A DNA stretch of 64,000 nucleotides from assembly GCA_904063045.1 (NCBI GenBank), contig CAJFCJ010000015.1, positions 620,001 to 684,000 on the forward strand. Direction: 5' to 3'. The DNA is from Dimorphilus gyrociliatus. Taxonomy: Eukaryota > Animalia > Annelida. Each line of letters opens with the position of its first letter. Within the stretch, counting starts at the first letter, position 1. Made by a program: the position numbers and the translations under genes. Of this stretch, positions 30,644 to 41,846 are shown in pieces. The notes under the pieces are model-generated. The model was not told the DNA's origin, made no database searches, and saw only the letters and a list, made by a program, of their open reading frames with translations.

Positions 30644-33455
30644 ATGGCTTTAGAACTTGGTGGTTTATCTATTTCAAGTTCCAAATTACAAAATATACCT
30701 CTAGATACTACTGAGCTTAATTATGGAAGAACTAATCAGGCCTACTGCAATTCCTTTTCCGATGGAATAGATACATCTACTACTAGTGGTGCGATTGAAT
30801 TAGGTCGGATTGAAGGAACAACGTCGCAACTTCGTCCACCTAAAAGAGATTTAGCGTTGGAAAATGTTAGTTACACTGTCAAAGATTCAACATCTTCGAT
30901 TATTGAGAGTCTTATTAATTTTGAGGTTTGATAAAATATCATAAAACTATCTCTGTTCTATAATATAGAAAAGCATTCAATTACAGTTTACTATATGAAC
31001 TTGCCATTATTTCTTTTAGGTACCAAAAAATTGTGGCACTTTTAAGTCTAATGGAAGAAAGACTATTTTAAAAGATGTGAGCTTCCGTATAAATTCCGGT
31101 CAAATGTTAGCCATACTGGGAAGTTCTGGTAGCGGTAAAACAACGCTCTTAGACATTATTTCAGAGAGGCATAATGGTGGACAGGTGGAGGGATCGGTAA
31201 AAATAAACGGAAAAAATCGGACTAAAGCATCCATTAGGCGATGTTCCGCTTACGTTAGACAGGACGACAGACTCTTACCCCATTTAACCGTTAAGGAAAC
31301 TTTATTCTTCGTAGGTCGGCTCAAATTGCCCTCTAGCTACAGTTCGAAGGAGGTCAAGCAGCGGATCGATGACGTTATTGCTGAATTAGGCTTGAGGCAC
31401 GTGACCGATACCAAAGTTGGTGGTCATGAAGTAAGAGGGGTATCAGGTGGTGAAAGGAGAAGAGTATCAATCGGAGTACAACTCCTAATTGATCCAAGTA
31501 TAATAAGAAATCTTATATAATACATTGAGTAAATTCATTAATTGATAACTTTTTGCGAAAGGTATTATATTTTTGGATGAACCAACATCCGGTTTAGATG
31601 CATTTACTGCTCATTATCTTATAGATACCCTATCGAAATTAGCTTCCAACAATCGGACTATTCTTATGACGATTCACCAGCCTAGGTATGCAACTAGTAC
31701 TTTCATATGTTTAATTGAAAAAATTTTTCTCACAGATCAGATATCTTTGAACTATTCGATCTTGTCCTTCTTTTGAGCCAAGGAGAGCAGATTTACTTTG
31801 GTGCGGCCAACGAAATGGTTGAATATTTTAGTAGTCTTGGCTTTCCTTGTCCTTCTCTTACGAATCCGTGCGATTTCTTTAGTAAGTTAGGCTTTCTACG
31901 AAAAGCAAGATAAAAAAGAGAGATAATCGTAAATGATATAACCTTTGAACATTTTTATCCTATTGAGTATTGTTTGAAACAGTTGACCTAATAACGATCG
32001 ATAGGTCTTCGGAGGAAAGTGAGAAACGAAGTTCAAGCAGAGTATCGGAATTTGTTGCTCACTTTGCAAGAAAGGGCTCAGGGGAAACTAGAGCAAGTTT
32101 TGCAACAAACGAGTTTGCAAGTAATTACCTAACTCCCAGCGAAAATGAGGTCGATAATGTTATAGAAGAAGCTGAGGCGAGAATTTCAACGCAGAAGCGC
32201 GTCAATACTTTCCGTCAGTTTACTCTCCTTTTCAAGTAAAAGAAAATAAACTATCTATTCCCTCCTCTAATCCCTTTCCTTTTTCCCATCCTCCCTGTTT
32301 CTCAACCATCCCTAAATTTCCCCTAAATACCAATTACATTACGTCACTAACATTTTTTAACTGCTTTTTCTCCTTAGGAGGGCTTTAAGGAATAATTACT
32401 CGGACAAAGCGTTTATAGGCGTTCAAGCGGCTGAGGCCATTTTTATGTCAGTCATGATCGGATTGCTCTATTTCAAGTTGGAGAGGACTCAAATAGACAT
32501 GAGAGACAGATTAGGCTTACTTTACATTATAGCTGCATTATACCCTTACATGGTAATATTAGACGTGGTTGGATTTCGTAAGTAATTTACTCCCGAGATT
32601 AAGATGATAGAATATACTCTTATCTATACCTTGAATAACAAACAGATCATAAACAGAGAGCAACAATATACAGTGAACTTGAAGATAATCTTTATTCTGT
32701 TCCTGCCTTCTTCTTTTCAAAAGTATTTTTTTATCATTCTCCAAAGTTCATTTACAATTAATATTAAAAACATTTAAAAGGTCTTAAGTGAAATACCAGA
32801 ACACATCATCTTTGTTTCTCTTTACTGCATTCCATTCTATTTCTTAGCTGGCTTGCAAACTGATCCCAAGATGTTCTTTCAGGTATTCCCGAGTAAAGTA
32901 ATTCAATACTTTCGGAATCTTTACATTTAAAAAAAAACATTTTACAGGCGTTTGCATTAATTCTACTAATGGTCTATACAAGTAGAAGTTTGGCCATGTT
33001 TGCAGCAGCCCTTCTACCAACCTACCAAACTAGTGCAATATTTGCCCAAACAATTTTTACATTATTCCTACTATCTTCCGGTTACGTCATTAATCTCCGA
33101 AATATGTTTGTTGGTAAGAACGAACTATTTAAATAGTTGATCTAAAGAGAAATCTTAAATATCTATAAAAAAAATCTTTTTACCTTTAGGCGTTAAATGG
33201 ATATCTAAAATTTCCTATTTAAAATGGGGATTTCAAGGATTATGCCAAAATGAATTTAGGGGTTTAAAGTTTGAATGCACTTTACCACATCCTGATCAAT
33301 GTATCAAAACGGGAGAAGAAGCATTAAAGCTATTTTCGTTGAATGAACTTGAACCTTATCATTCGTGCATAATAATATCGATTTTTAATGTATTTTTTCT
33401 ATTGAGTTTTTTCCTTTGCCTAAGATTTATTTCTCAAAAGCCTCATCAATTCTAA
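30644..33455 (+). CDS. ABCG8: ABCG half-transporter, ABCG8-like copy 1 (10 exons: 30644-30925, 31020-31497, 31562-31685, 31736-31881, 31983-32235, 32378-32577, 32646-32722, 32781-32882, 32948-33113, 33190-33455)
   Basis: [20 protein letters not shown] (Walker A), [16 protein letters not shown] (signature), [22 protein letters not shown], then a TM domain ending [11 protein letters not shown]. These segments resemble vertebrate ABCG8 more than ABCG5. All introns are GT-AG and frame-consistent. Confidence 0.85.
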
Positions 33456-33846
33456 TTGTGTCTTTTCTTATTATTCATGCGATATATCAATGTTATATTT
33501 AGAATATTTAACTATGATTCATCATCAACATTTGAAAAATGTAATAATGATAATAAAAAATATAAGCATATAAGACGAAAATATAATAAACTGTGAGTCA
33601 TCAATGAAATAGCGAAAAAAATCTTATAGTACACACGATCATATCACATACATAGCAAATAGATATTGAGAGAAATTGTTTCTTATCAGTTCTTATCAGC
33701 ATTTTCATTTCACGTGATTATTAGCGAAGAGAATATATTCCGTTGTATTATTGTCATTATTCTCATTTAATGCTGTTCAACATTTATAAGTAATTAGTAA
33801 AAATAAGAAAGTGAAAGAATTGAATAACAAGACATCTGTTTCTTAA

Positions 33847-36306
33847 ATGGAATTAAATGAGAGTGTCGGATTTAGTTCATCATTTGACGCCCCCGTGTCA
33901 GACGTGGAAGAAATCATTGACAATGATTATAATGATGATGACGTTTTGCAATTGAAAGTAGATGGATTAAATTGCATAATTAACGATTCAGAATCGATTG
34001 ATTGGAGAGATAAACTAGTTAATTTTGAAGTATAACAAAAATTATAATTGTATTATTGTTATTATTATCATTATAAGAATTAGTTATAAAATACTCATAT
34101 CAAAAATGATCATCATTAGATACCGTGGGACTGGAAGAAGACTAAAGTAAGAAAGAAACTGTTGAACAATATAAATTTTACCGTCAAATCTGGACAAATG
34201 CTGGCTATTTTGGGCAGTTCTGGTAGTGGAAAGACTACATTATTAGACGTTTTATCTGGTAGACAATCTTGCGCCGAAATTACCGGGAGCGTTACGCCCG
34301 GGAGCATTGCAATGAAAAAACTCTCGGCCTACGTACGTCAAGATGACCGTCTCCTACCCACATTAACTGTAAAAGAGACTTTAATGTATGTTGCTAGACT
34401 GAAACTTCCACCTTCGTTTTGTATGGAACTAATAGAAAGTAGGGTGATGGAGGTGATAGATAATCTAGGGTTAGGTAAAGTTGCAGATGAAAAGATAGGA
34501 AATGAAGAAATACGGGGTATATCTGGCGGTGAGAGACGACGTGTTACAATTGGCGTTCAATTACTTCTTGATCCAAGTTAGTTTTACTAATTAAAGCTAT
34601 TGAATATATAAATATTATTCTTACTTTCTGTAAGATAATTAACTGTTGTTTGTTATTGTTTTTTTTTTCTTTTCTCCTCTCAGGTATTCTTTTCCTAGAT
34701 GAACCAACTTCCGGTTTGGATAGTTTTACCGCTCATTACATAATAAAGATGTTAAATAAATATTCAATGGCGAATAGAATAGTGATATCTACAATCCATC
34801 AGCCTAGAAGCGATATATATAAATTATTTGATCTCATCCTACTCGTTAGTCAGGGAGAGCAAATCTATTTCGGTAAAGCTGACCAAATGATAGATTATTT
34901 TTCTACTCTGGGCTATTCTTGTCCATTATTTACTAATCCTGCTGATTTCGTTCTTGACCTCATCACCGTTGATCGTGATAGTAGGGAGAAAGAGATAGCA
35001 TCTATAAATAAGATAGTCGGACTATCCAGGACATTTTACTCAGAAGATAGAACTAACTATGCAACAAATGAATCTGGCTTTATAACAGGACAAGAAAGTA
35101 ATAACAATGCAATGAATATGGAGTCAATATGGAATGACACAGAAGCATTTCAATCGTTCAATAGTGAAAGATTTCAACAACAGTCTCAGATATTATCGCA
35201 AGGGCTTTTTCATGGGACTAGAAATGGGTTTAAACAATTTAAATTATTATTAAAGAGATCTTTAAAGAACAATTGGTCAAATAGGGAATTCATTGCTATC
35301 CAAGCGAGCGAAGCAATCTTTATGTCATTTATTATAGGCCTCGTTTATTTCCGATTACCACTGGATCAACAGTCCATAAAAGATCGATTCGGATTATTAT
35401 ATATCATTGGCGCTTTGTACCCATATTTGGTCATCTTGGATGTCCTATGTCAATGTTAGCTTTATTGTGTTGTAACTTTACTAAAATATTTATACGAAAT
35501 CTAATATCAGATCATAAAGAAAGACCTTCTATCTACAGCGAAATGGAAGATCAACTTTACTCTTCACTACCTTACTTCTTCAGCAAGATCATTAGCCAAT
35601 TACCCGAACATTTTCTATTCATAATATTGTATACAATTCCAGTATATTTTCTATCAAATTTAAAAATGGAATTTAAAGCTTTCTTTCAAGTAAGATGGCT
35701 TCCCTTATTTAAATTTTACTTTGCCATTTTTTCCTTCTCTCCAGTAGAAACTTAAATATTTAGAGTACAAACTAATTTGTAAGGCTTCTTATATTGATTT
35801 ATTCTTTATATGTACAGGCATTCCTTATTATTCTACTGTTGGTTCATACAAGTAGAAGTTTAGCGCTATTTGCTGGAGCTTTATTACCAACCTATCAAAC
35901 TAGTGCTGTTTTTGCACAAGCAATTTTTTTGATGTTTCTTTTATCATCTGGCTTTATGATAAATCTTTCAAATATATTTAAAGGTAAGCTAATTTCTTCA
36001 ATTATATGCTTTAATTCCATTATACACCTATTTACCTAAGGCGTTAAATGGATATCCACACTGTCTTATGTCAAATGGGGTTATGTTGGTCTTTGTAAAT
36101 CAGAGATAGAGAGCTTAAAGTTTCAATGTGGTATAAATTCTACAATACCTTGCATACAGAATGGTAAGGCAGCTTTAAAATTATACTCAATATATTCAAT
36201 GGATCCTTATATTTGTTGTTTAATAATGCTGACGCAAACTATAATATTTTCTATAGGTTTTTATTTAAGTATAAGGTTTATATCACAAAAACCTCATCAA
36301 TTTTAA
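33847..36306 (+). CDS. ABCG8: ABCG half-transporter, ABCG8-like copy 2 (6 exons)
   Basis: [59 protein letters not shown]; ends [11 protein letters not shown] like copy 1. Introns after FE, DPS, CQ, FQ and FKG. Confidence 0.85.
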
Positions 36307-37934
36307 ATTTGTTAGGAAAGTTGACGTATGATGAAACTATATTTATATAACTGCATTAATATATTGATACTATATCTTTTCTACCGTATGTAACAAATAA
36401 TATGTATCAGTACACTGACTTTTGCTATTTATATTACTTAATACGTTTAATAAACACTTGTTCATTGTTTCTTTCTAGTTTCTTTTATATTTATACAGAA
36501 ATGTTCCCTTTAAACTTGAAGGCTGTTTAATATAATGTACAGTATATTCTTTTCGGACTGTTTGTTTGTTTTACAGCCAGCTTTTATCATTGTTATAATA
36601 ATTGAACAAGATAAAATTTCAAACTTGCTTAAATAAATCTATGTAGTTTAATTACGTTACATAATATTAAAAAAGTATGATATATACAATATAATTAAAT
36701 GTATTTAATTGTTTACTGTAAGTAAAGAAAGTAGTATAATTAATAGAATAAAAAAACTCTTTATGTATATTTTATATCTATCTATACATTGAAGAGGAGA
36801 ACAGAGAAATTTAAGAATTTTAAAAGAGAAAAAACACTTTTTAAAGGAAGATAGTAGCTTCTTTGATTAGTTAATAAATAGTTAATTATTTATTTTTTAG
36901 AAAAGTAGATAATGTTCTTTTTATGTTATAGTTTTTTTAATAAAAAAAACTTATTTTTGAAAGGAAAATATGCAGTGGATAGCTTTGATGATTGTAACTT
37001 GGTTTTTTGTTGTCGTGGCTCGTTCCACAACCTACATTATATTGTACATATTTACAACGAATTTTTAAAGACCTCTCAAAATTTTTCTATAGGTAATCGA
37101 GAATAATATGCAATCTAAAGGTATAGATTAACACTCTAACAATACAAAATAGGGAAAACGCCCAAACCTTCTTTGAAAGAATTCAATAAGATTTTTATTC
37201 TTCCTGTACAATATATTAATTATTTATTAGTTTATGACTTCTAAAGTTATTTTTAATAATAAATGAAAGTCTATTTTACTGGTACATATATTTATATTAT
37301 ATAAAAACAAACACATCAAGTTACCATTGATTTAATAGAAATTAAATAAAATGAAAAAATATCTCTACTTTCACGTTTTTATTAACTAAAATAGAAAGCT
37401 TTTCTTTCTCTTTAAAAGGTTTTTAAATTTTTTTATGAGACATATCTTCTAATTTCTTTCAAAAGCTTTTAGGTTTTGAATTACTCTATGAAATTAGTCT
37501 TTAATATCGATTTATCTTGACAATTGAAGATTATTTCATTTTCTTTGAGAGATGTAATGAATTTAAAGAAAGAAAATGTCGGAAAAGAGTCACAATTAAC
37601 GGTTTCCGCCATTTTGAAAAATGGGTAAAAATTTTTTTTCCTTTAGAGAAAGTACCCTCGATTTCAGCCAATAACGCTGGACTTTAGAAAATTTTATATG
37701 AGAAAACTTTTTCTATTGGAAGATTAATTCAAAACATTTAAAACAGTTAATTAGGTAGGTTAATTAGTTACCAAGGGATTAAACTGGCTTTAAAGGCTAT
37801 AATTATTTGGAAATTGAACTTCTATCGGTACTCTCACAACAGATCAAGTGGTTGCTTTTTTCATTTTATTAGTTTTATGGCGGAGTAAAGTATTTTGAAC
37901 AGTGATTGAATTGAAGATCTGGAAACGTTATACG

Positions 37935-39572
37935 ATGACAAAAATCTCCTTATTATTCTGCATGATAGCAGCTATTAATATATTTATCATGGAGAACATT
38001 CATGCGTCTTCAAATTGCGAGCTCATACAACCTTCAATATGCAACAACTTGTCTTATAACAGGACAACCCTTCCAAATTTTATGGGACACTATTCTCAAA
38101 AGCAAATACGGGAATATTTGCGACTTTATTCTCCAGTTATCAAAAAACATTGTTCAAAATACTTTAAATTATTTCTCTGTCATCTGTTTTTCCCCTCTTG
38201 TACTAAAGATCATCAAGTATTGAAGCCTTGTAAATCCTTGTGCTTAAACGTCAAAAGGAAGTGTTTAGGGACAATAAAAGAGTTTGGACTTGATCTGTTT
38301 AAATATGTGGACTGTTCACGCTTACCTTCTTCCAAGAAAAATGTCTGCTTAAAAGGTCTAATAACTAATCGATTTTATAAGCCTGAAATGAATAGAAACG
38401 TTATTGAAGGCGGAAGGAAATTTACTTGTCCACCATTGCTTACTGTTCCTTTAGAATTCGGTTACAAGTTACAAATAGGAAATACTGAGGTAAAAAATTG
38501 TGGAATACCTTGCAAAGACAATCAAGATTATTTTTTTGGTACTAAAGAAGAATCATTAAGGAAGAGGAAATTTGCAAGAATATGGATTTTAGTTTGGTCA
38601 ATTTTATGTTTTTTATCTACTTCTTTTACAGTTTTAACGTTTATTTTGGATCGTGAACGATTTAAATATCCCGAGAGACCTATTATCTTTTTATCATCAT
38701 GCTATCTAGCTGTATCATTTTGCTATGTAATTGGATACTTCTTAAAGGAAAAGGCTGTTTGTACCGGACCATTCAATAATAAACTGAAAGATATAAATCA
38801 GAATCAATTATCATTGGAATTAATCACTCAAGGAACAAGAAAGAGTGAATGTACTATACTCTTCATGATAATCTACTTTTTCAGTATGGCCAGTAATATT
38901 TGGTGGGTTATATTAACGTTTACTTGGTTTTTGGCAGCCAAACTCAAATGGGCTCATGAAGCGGTTGAGAGTAACGCTCATTTCTATCATTTATTAGCTT
39001 GGATTATACCAGCTATAAAGACAATTGCGATATTGGCATTGGGACAAATTGATGGTGATGTCCTCTCAGGAGTTTGTTTTACCGGTTTATCGGATCTACG
39101 AATTTTAAAAGGCTTTATTATTGCTCCCCTTCTTATCTATTTAATTCTTGGTAGTTCATTTCTCTTGGCTGGATTTGTTTCTTTGTGTAGAATCAGATTT
39201 ACTATAAAAGCTGATGGAAATATTACAGACAAATTAGACAAGTTCATACTAAGAATTGGTATCTTTAGTATTTTATACAAGTTTCCGGCAATTATTGTAA
39301 TTGCGTGTCATTTTTATGAACTTGGTAATCGCTTAGATTGGATGATCTCATTTCATGGTAGAGCTTGTGAAATGGGCTTTTCATGCCCACCAAAAAGAGA
39401 TTACCAACCAACCCCCGAATATATATATTTTATGCTGAAATATCTAATGATGTTAATAGTTGGGGTAACATCTGGATTTTGGATATGGTCTACAAAGACA
39501 ACTCTAACATGGAAAAAAGCCTATTATAGATGCTTTACAAAGAGACAATTTATAAATGAAACCGATCTGTAA
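37935..39572 (+). CDS. fzd1/2/7: Frizzled receptor, Fz1/2/7-like, single coding exon (~545 aa)
   Basis: First ATG at 37935 gives a signal peptide (MTKISLLFCMIAAINIF), cysteine-rich CRD, RFKYPERPIIFLS, seven TM segments, FMLKYLMMLIVGVTSGFWIWS, KTxxxW (KTTLTW) and a C-terminal ETDL PDZ-type motif. Confidence 0.93.
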   Translation: MTKISLLFCMIAAINIFIMENIHASSNCELIQPSICNNLSYNRTTLPNFMGHYSQKQIREYLRLYSPVIKKHCSKYFKLFLCHLFFPSCTKDHQVLKPCKSLCLNVKRKCLGTIKEFGLDLFKYVDCSRLPSSKKNVCLKGLITNRFYKPEMNRNVIEGGRKFTCPPLLTVPLEFGYKLQIGNTEVKNCGIPCKDNQDYFFGTKEESLRKRKFARIWILVWSILCFLSTSFTVLTFILDRERFKYPERPIIFLSSCYLAVSFCYVIGYFLKEKAVCTGPFNNKLKDINQNQLSLELITQGTRKSECTILFMIIYFFSMASNIWWVILTFTWFLAAKLKWAHEAVESNAHFYHLLAWIIPAIKTIAILALGQIDGDVLSGVCFTGLSDLRILKGFIIAPLLIYLILGSSFLLAGFVSLCRIRFTIKADGNITDKLDKFILRIGIFSILYKFPAIIVIACHFYELGNRLDWMISFHGRACEMGFSCPPKRDYQPTPEYIYFMLKYLMMLIVGVTSGFWIWSTKTTLTWKKAYYRCFTKRQFINETDL

Positions 39573-39717
39573 AAAATACATTATATTCAATTATCAATAC
39601 AATGTCAGAATGCACATTGTATCAGTATACAAACTGTGTCTAGTTTTCTTTTACAAAAGAGTAAGCCTCACATTTTGAGTTCGGTTACGTGCAATTGTCG
39701 ATATATATATATATATA

Positions 39718-40729
39718 CAGTCGCGATATTAAGTAATTATAAGAAGAGTAAAAATGTCTAAAAATCGAAATATTTTGATTTAGGAATAAAGTGTATGGTT
39801 GTGAATATTTTTTTGTATAGGATAGATGACTTGTGAAACATGATGGAAAATTTCAGATAAATATCTATATTTTAAGAATCAATTTATCTTTCTTTTTTAC
39901 CATACTATGAATTTAGACAGCTATTAAGTAATTATAACATCATCATTATGACCTCATAATTATTAAAAAATGCATCAGCTATCTTTAGAAATCTGCAAAG
40001 ATATCCTGTTCCACTTAAGCAGGCCAAAATTGACCATTCAAGGCATAACAGCAAAATTTAATTGCAGCCCAGTTACAGTGCAGAATATAAAGAATCAGTT
40101 CAAGCAATTTAAAACAATAAATGACCTGCATATGTCTGGTAGACCACATAAAATCGCCAGGAGGATGGAACTGCAACTCACAAGAACATGTAGATCAACC
40201 CAAAATCGACAGCTAGAGGCATTCTAGAAAATATTGAAATTCCTATTCAGTATCACTATCTAGTGTGAATGAGATGAAAATGCTAGAAAACTGGCCTGCA
40301 AATAGTCCAGATATTAACATTATTGAGCCCATTTGAGGTATTTGCAAGAAAAAAAGCATGCTCAGACAGCCTAGAAATTTGAAAGAGCTGTGGAAAATTT
40401 TTGAGAAGGAATTTTTCAAAATATCAAATTTTGAGATTCAGGGATTGTATGCCTTTATTGAAAGGAGGCTAAATGCAGTAAGAAAGGCAAAAGGCATACA
40501 TACCAAGTATTAAATTTGAAAATTTTATCATTTACAATCATTGGCCTATCTAAAAATGTATAAGTAAAATAAAAAAAGTACTTTTGATGGACCTGATTGA
40601 TTTGTTATAATTACTTAATAGCGGTCTAAATTCATAGTATTGTAAAAAAAAGACTGAAAAACTGATCATTAAAATATAGAGAATTTTAGATATTTTTACT
40701 CTTGTTATAATTACTTAATATCGCGACTG
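39718..40729 (+). mobile_element. Non-autonomous, internally deleted Tc1/mariner DNA transposon with IR/DR-type terminal inverted repeats and TA target-site duplication
   Basis: Left end CAGTCGCGATATTAAGTAATTATAAGAAGAGTAAAAATGTCTAAAA (from 39718) matches the reverse complement of the right end (to 40729) with 2 mismatches in 46 nt. TA flanks both ends (39716-17, 40730-31). Transposase remnants lie inside. Confidence 0.93.
39970..40513 (+). pseudogene. Tc1 transposase remnant: N-terminal HTH (39970-40227) and C-terminal fragment (40274-40513); catalytic core largely deleted
   Basis: HTH-like segment followed by SGRPHKI (GRPR-like motif); then WPANSPDINIIEPI*, matching Tc1 WPxxSPDLNPIExxW with a W-to-stop at 40334, and a typical ...AVRKAKGIHTKY* ending. 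Confidence 0.88.
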
Positions 40730-41846
40730 TATTACTATATTAATAGTTAGTCTGTTAATATTTAAATATCCTCTTTACTTCTTCGAAAGAGTATAATATG
40801 TTTAATAATATTAACTTTACTATTTATTGTCTTAATCTTCTTTCTTTTTAACATGGTTTATATTCTATTGAGCTTCTTACACAAAAGATTTAGCCAATGT
40901 AATCTCTGTAAAGGTAAAAGTTTACTTAACTTCCCGTATAGTAAATTCTTTAAAGTATTTTATACTTAAGTAAGGCGGGGTTAATAGAATAATATATATC
41001 ATAAATTTTTATGATCTTGCTCTGAATTTTAATATTTTGTCATACATTTATGACAACTAGCTTTCAAAATGTATAAAAAGTCTACTACGTCACCCTTTAA
41101 AACTCTTTGTAATTACGATCAGAAGATATGAATCGTGCACTCTATCAAACAATAGTTTATATTTGGTACTTTCAATTTTTTTATAAACTATAAAAAGGGG
41201 ATTTTATTTCGCAACTTGAAAAACTCGGGGTGAAAATTGGATATTTAACATAGTCCTATTTTTGGACAAGAGTAAACAAAACCTTAAACTATTCAACCCT
41301 CTTTATCCGTTATTGTATACATAAGCTACTAAACTATAAAAGATCACCTTTTGTTTTTCGGTTTGATAACTTTTCTGATAAAGTTTCTTTATTAGTAATA
41401 AGTTTTAAATTATTCATAACATAAAATTTAAAAGTAAGCGAACAAATAGTTATATTCATTGATAATTGTATTGCTTGAAATAAACTTTCATGTCTTCTTT
41501 CTTATTGGAAGTCAGCCATTAATCTCTTGGCTTGTAGGCCTATTTTTGCATAATAGCGGTTTTAATATATTCAAGTATATTAGCATATGTATACATTCTA
41601 TTTTTAGAGAGTATAAATACAAGAAAATTATTCTAAATGTCTTCGAGAGCGATAGTAGAATCTAGCATTTTTGACTTGAGCTTTAACAAGAACGGACCTT
41701 AGGAGTGTAGGAAAAGGAGCTTTTTTTATATGACTGACTACTTGGTATTTAAATATATTTCTTAATGAGAGTTTTAAGTAAAAAGTAAAAGGAAAAGTTT
41801 TCGTTGGAACAAGTTCAATATATTTTATATTTCGCTGGAGAGATAA

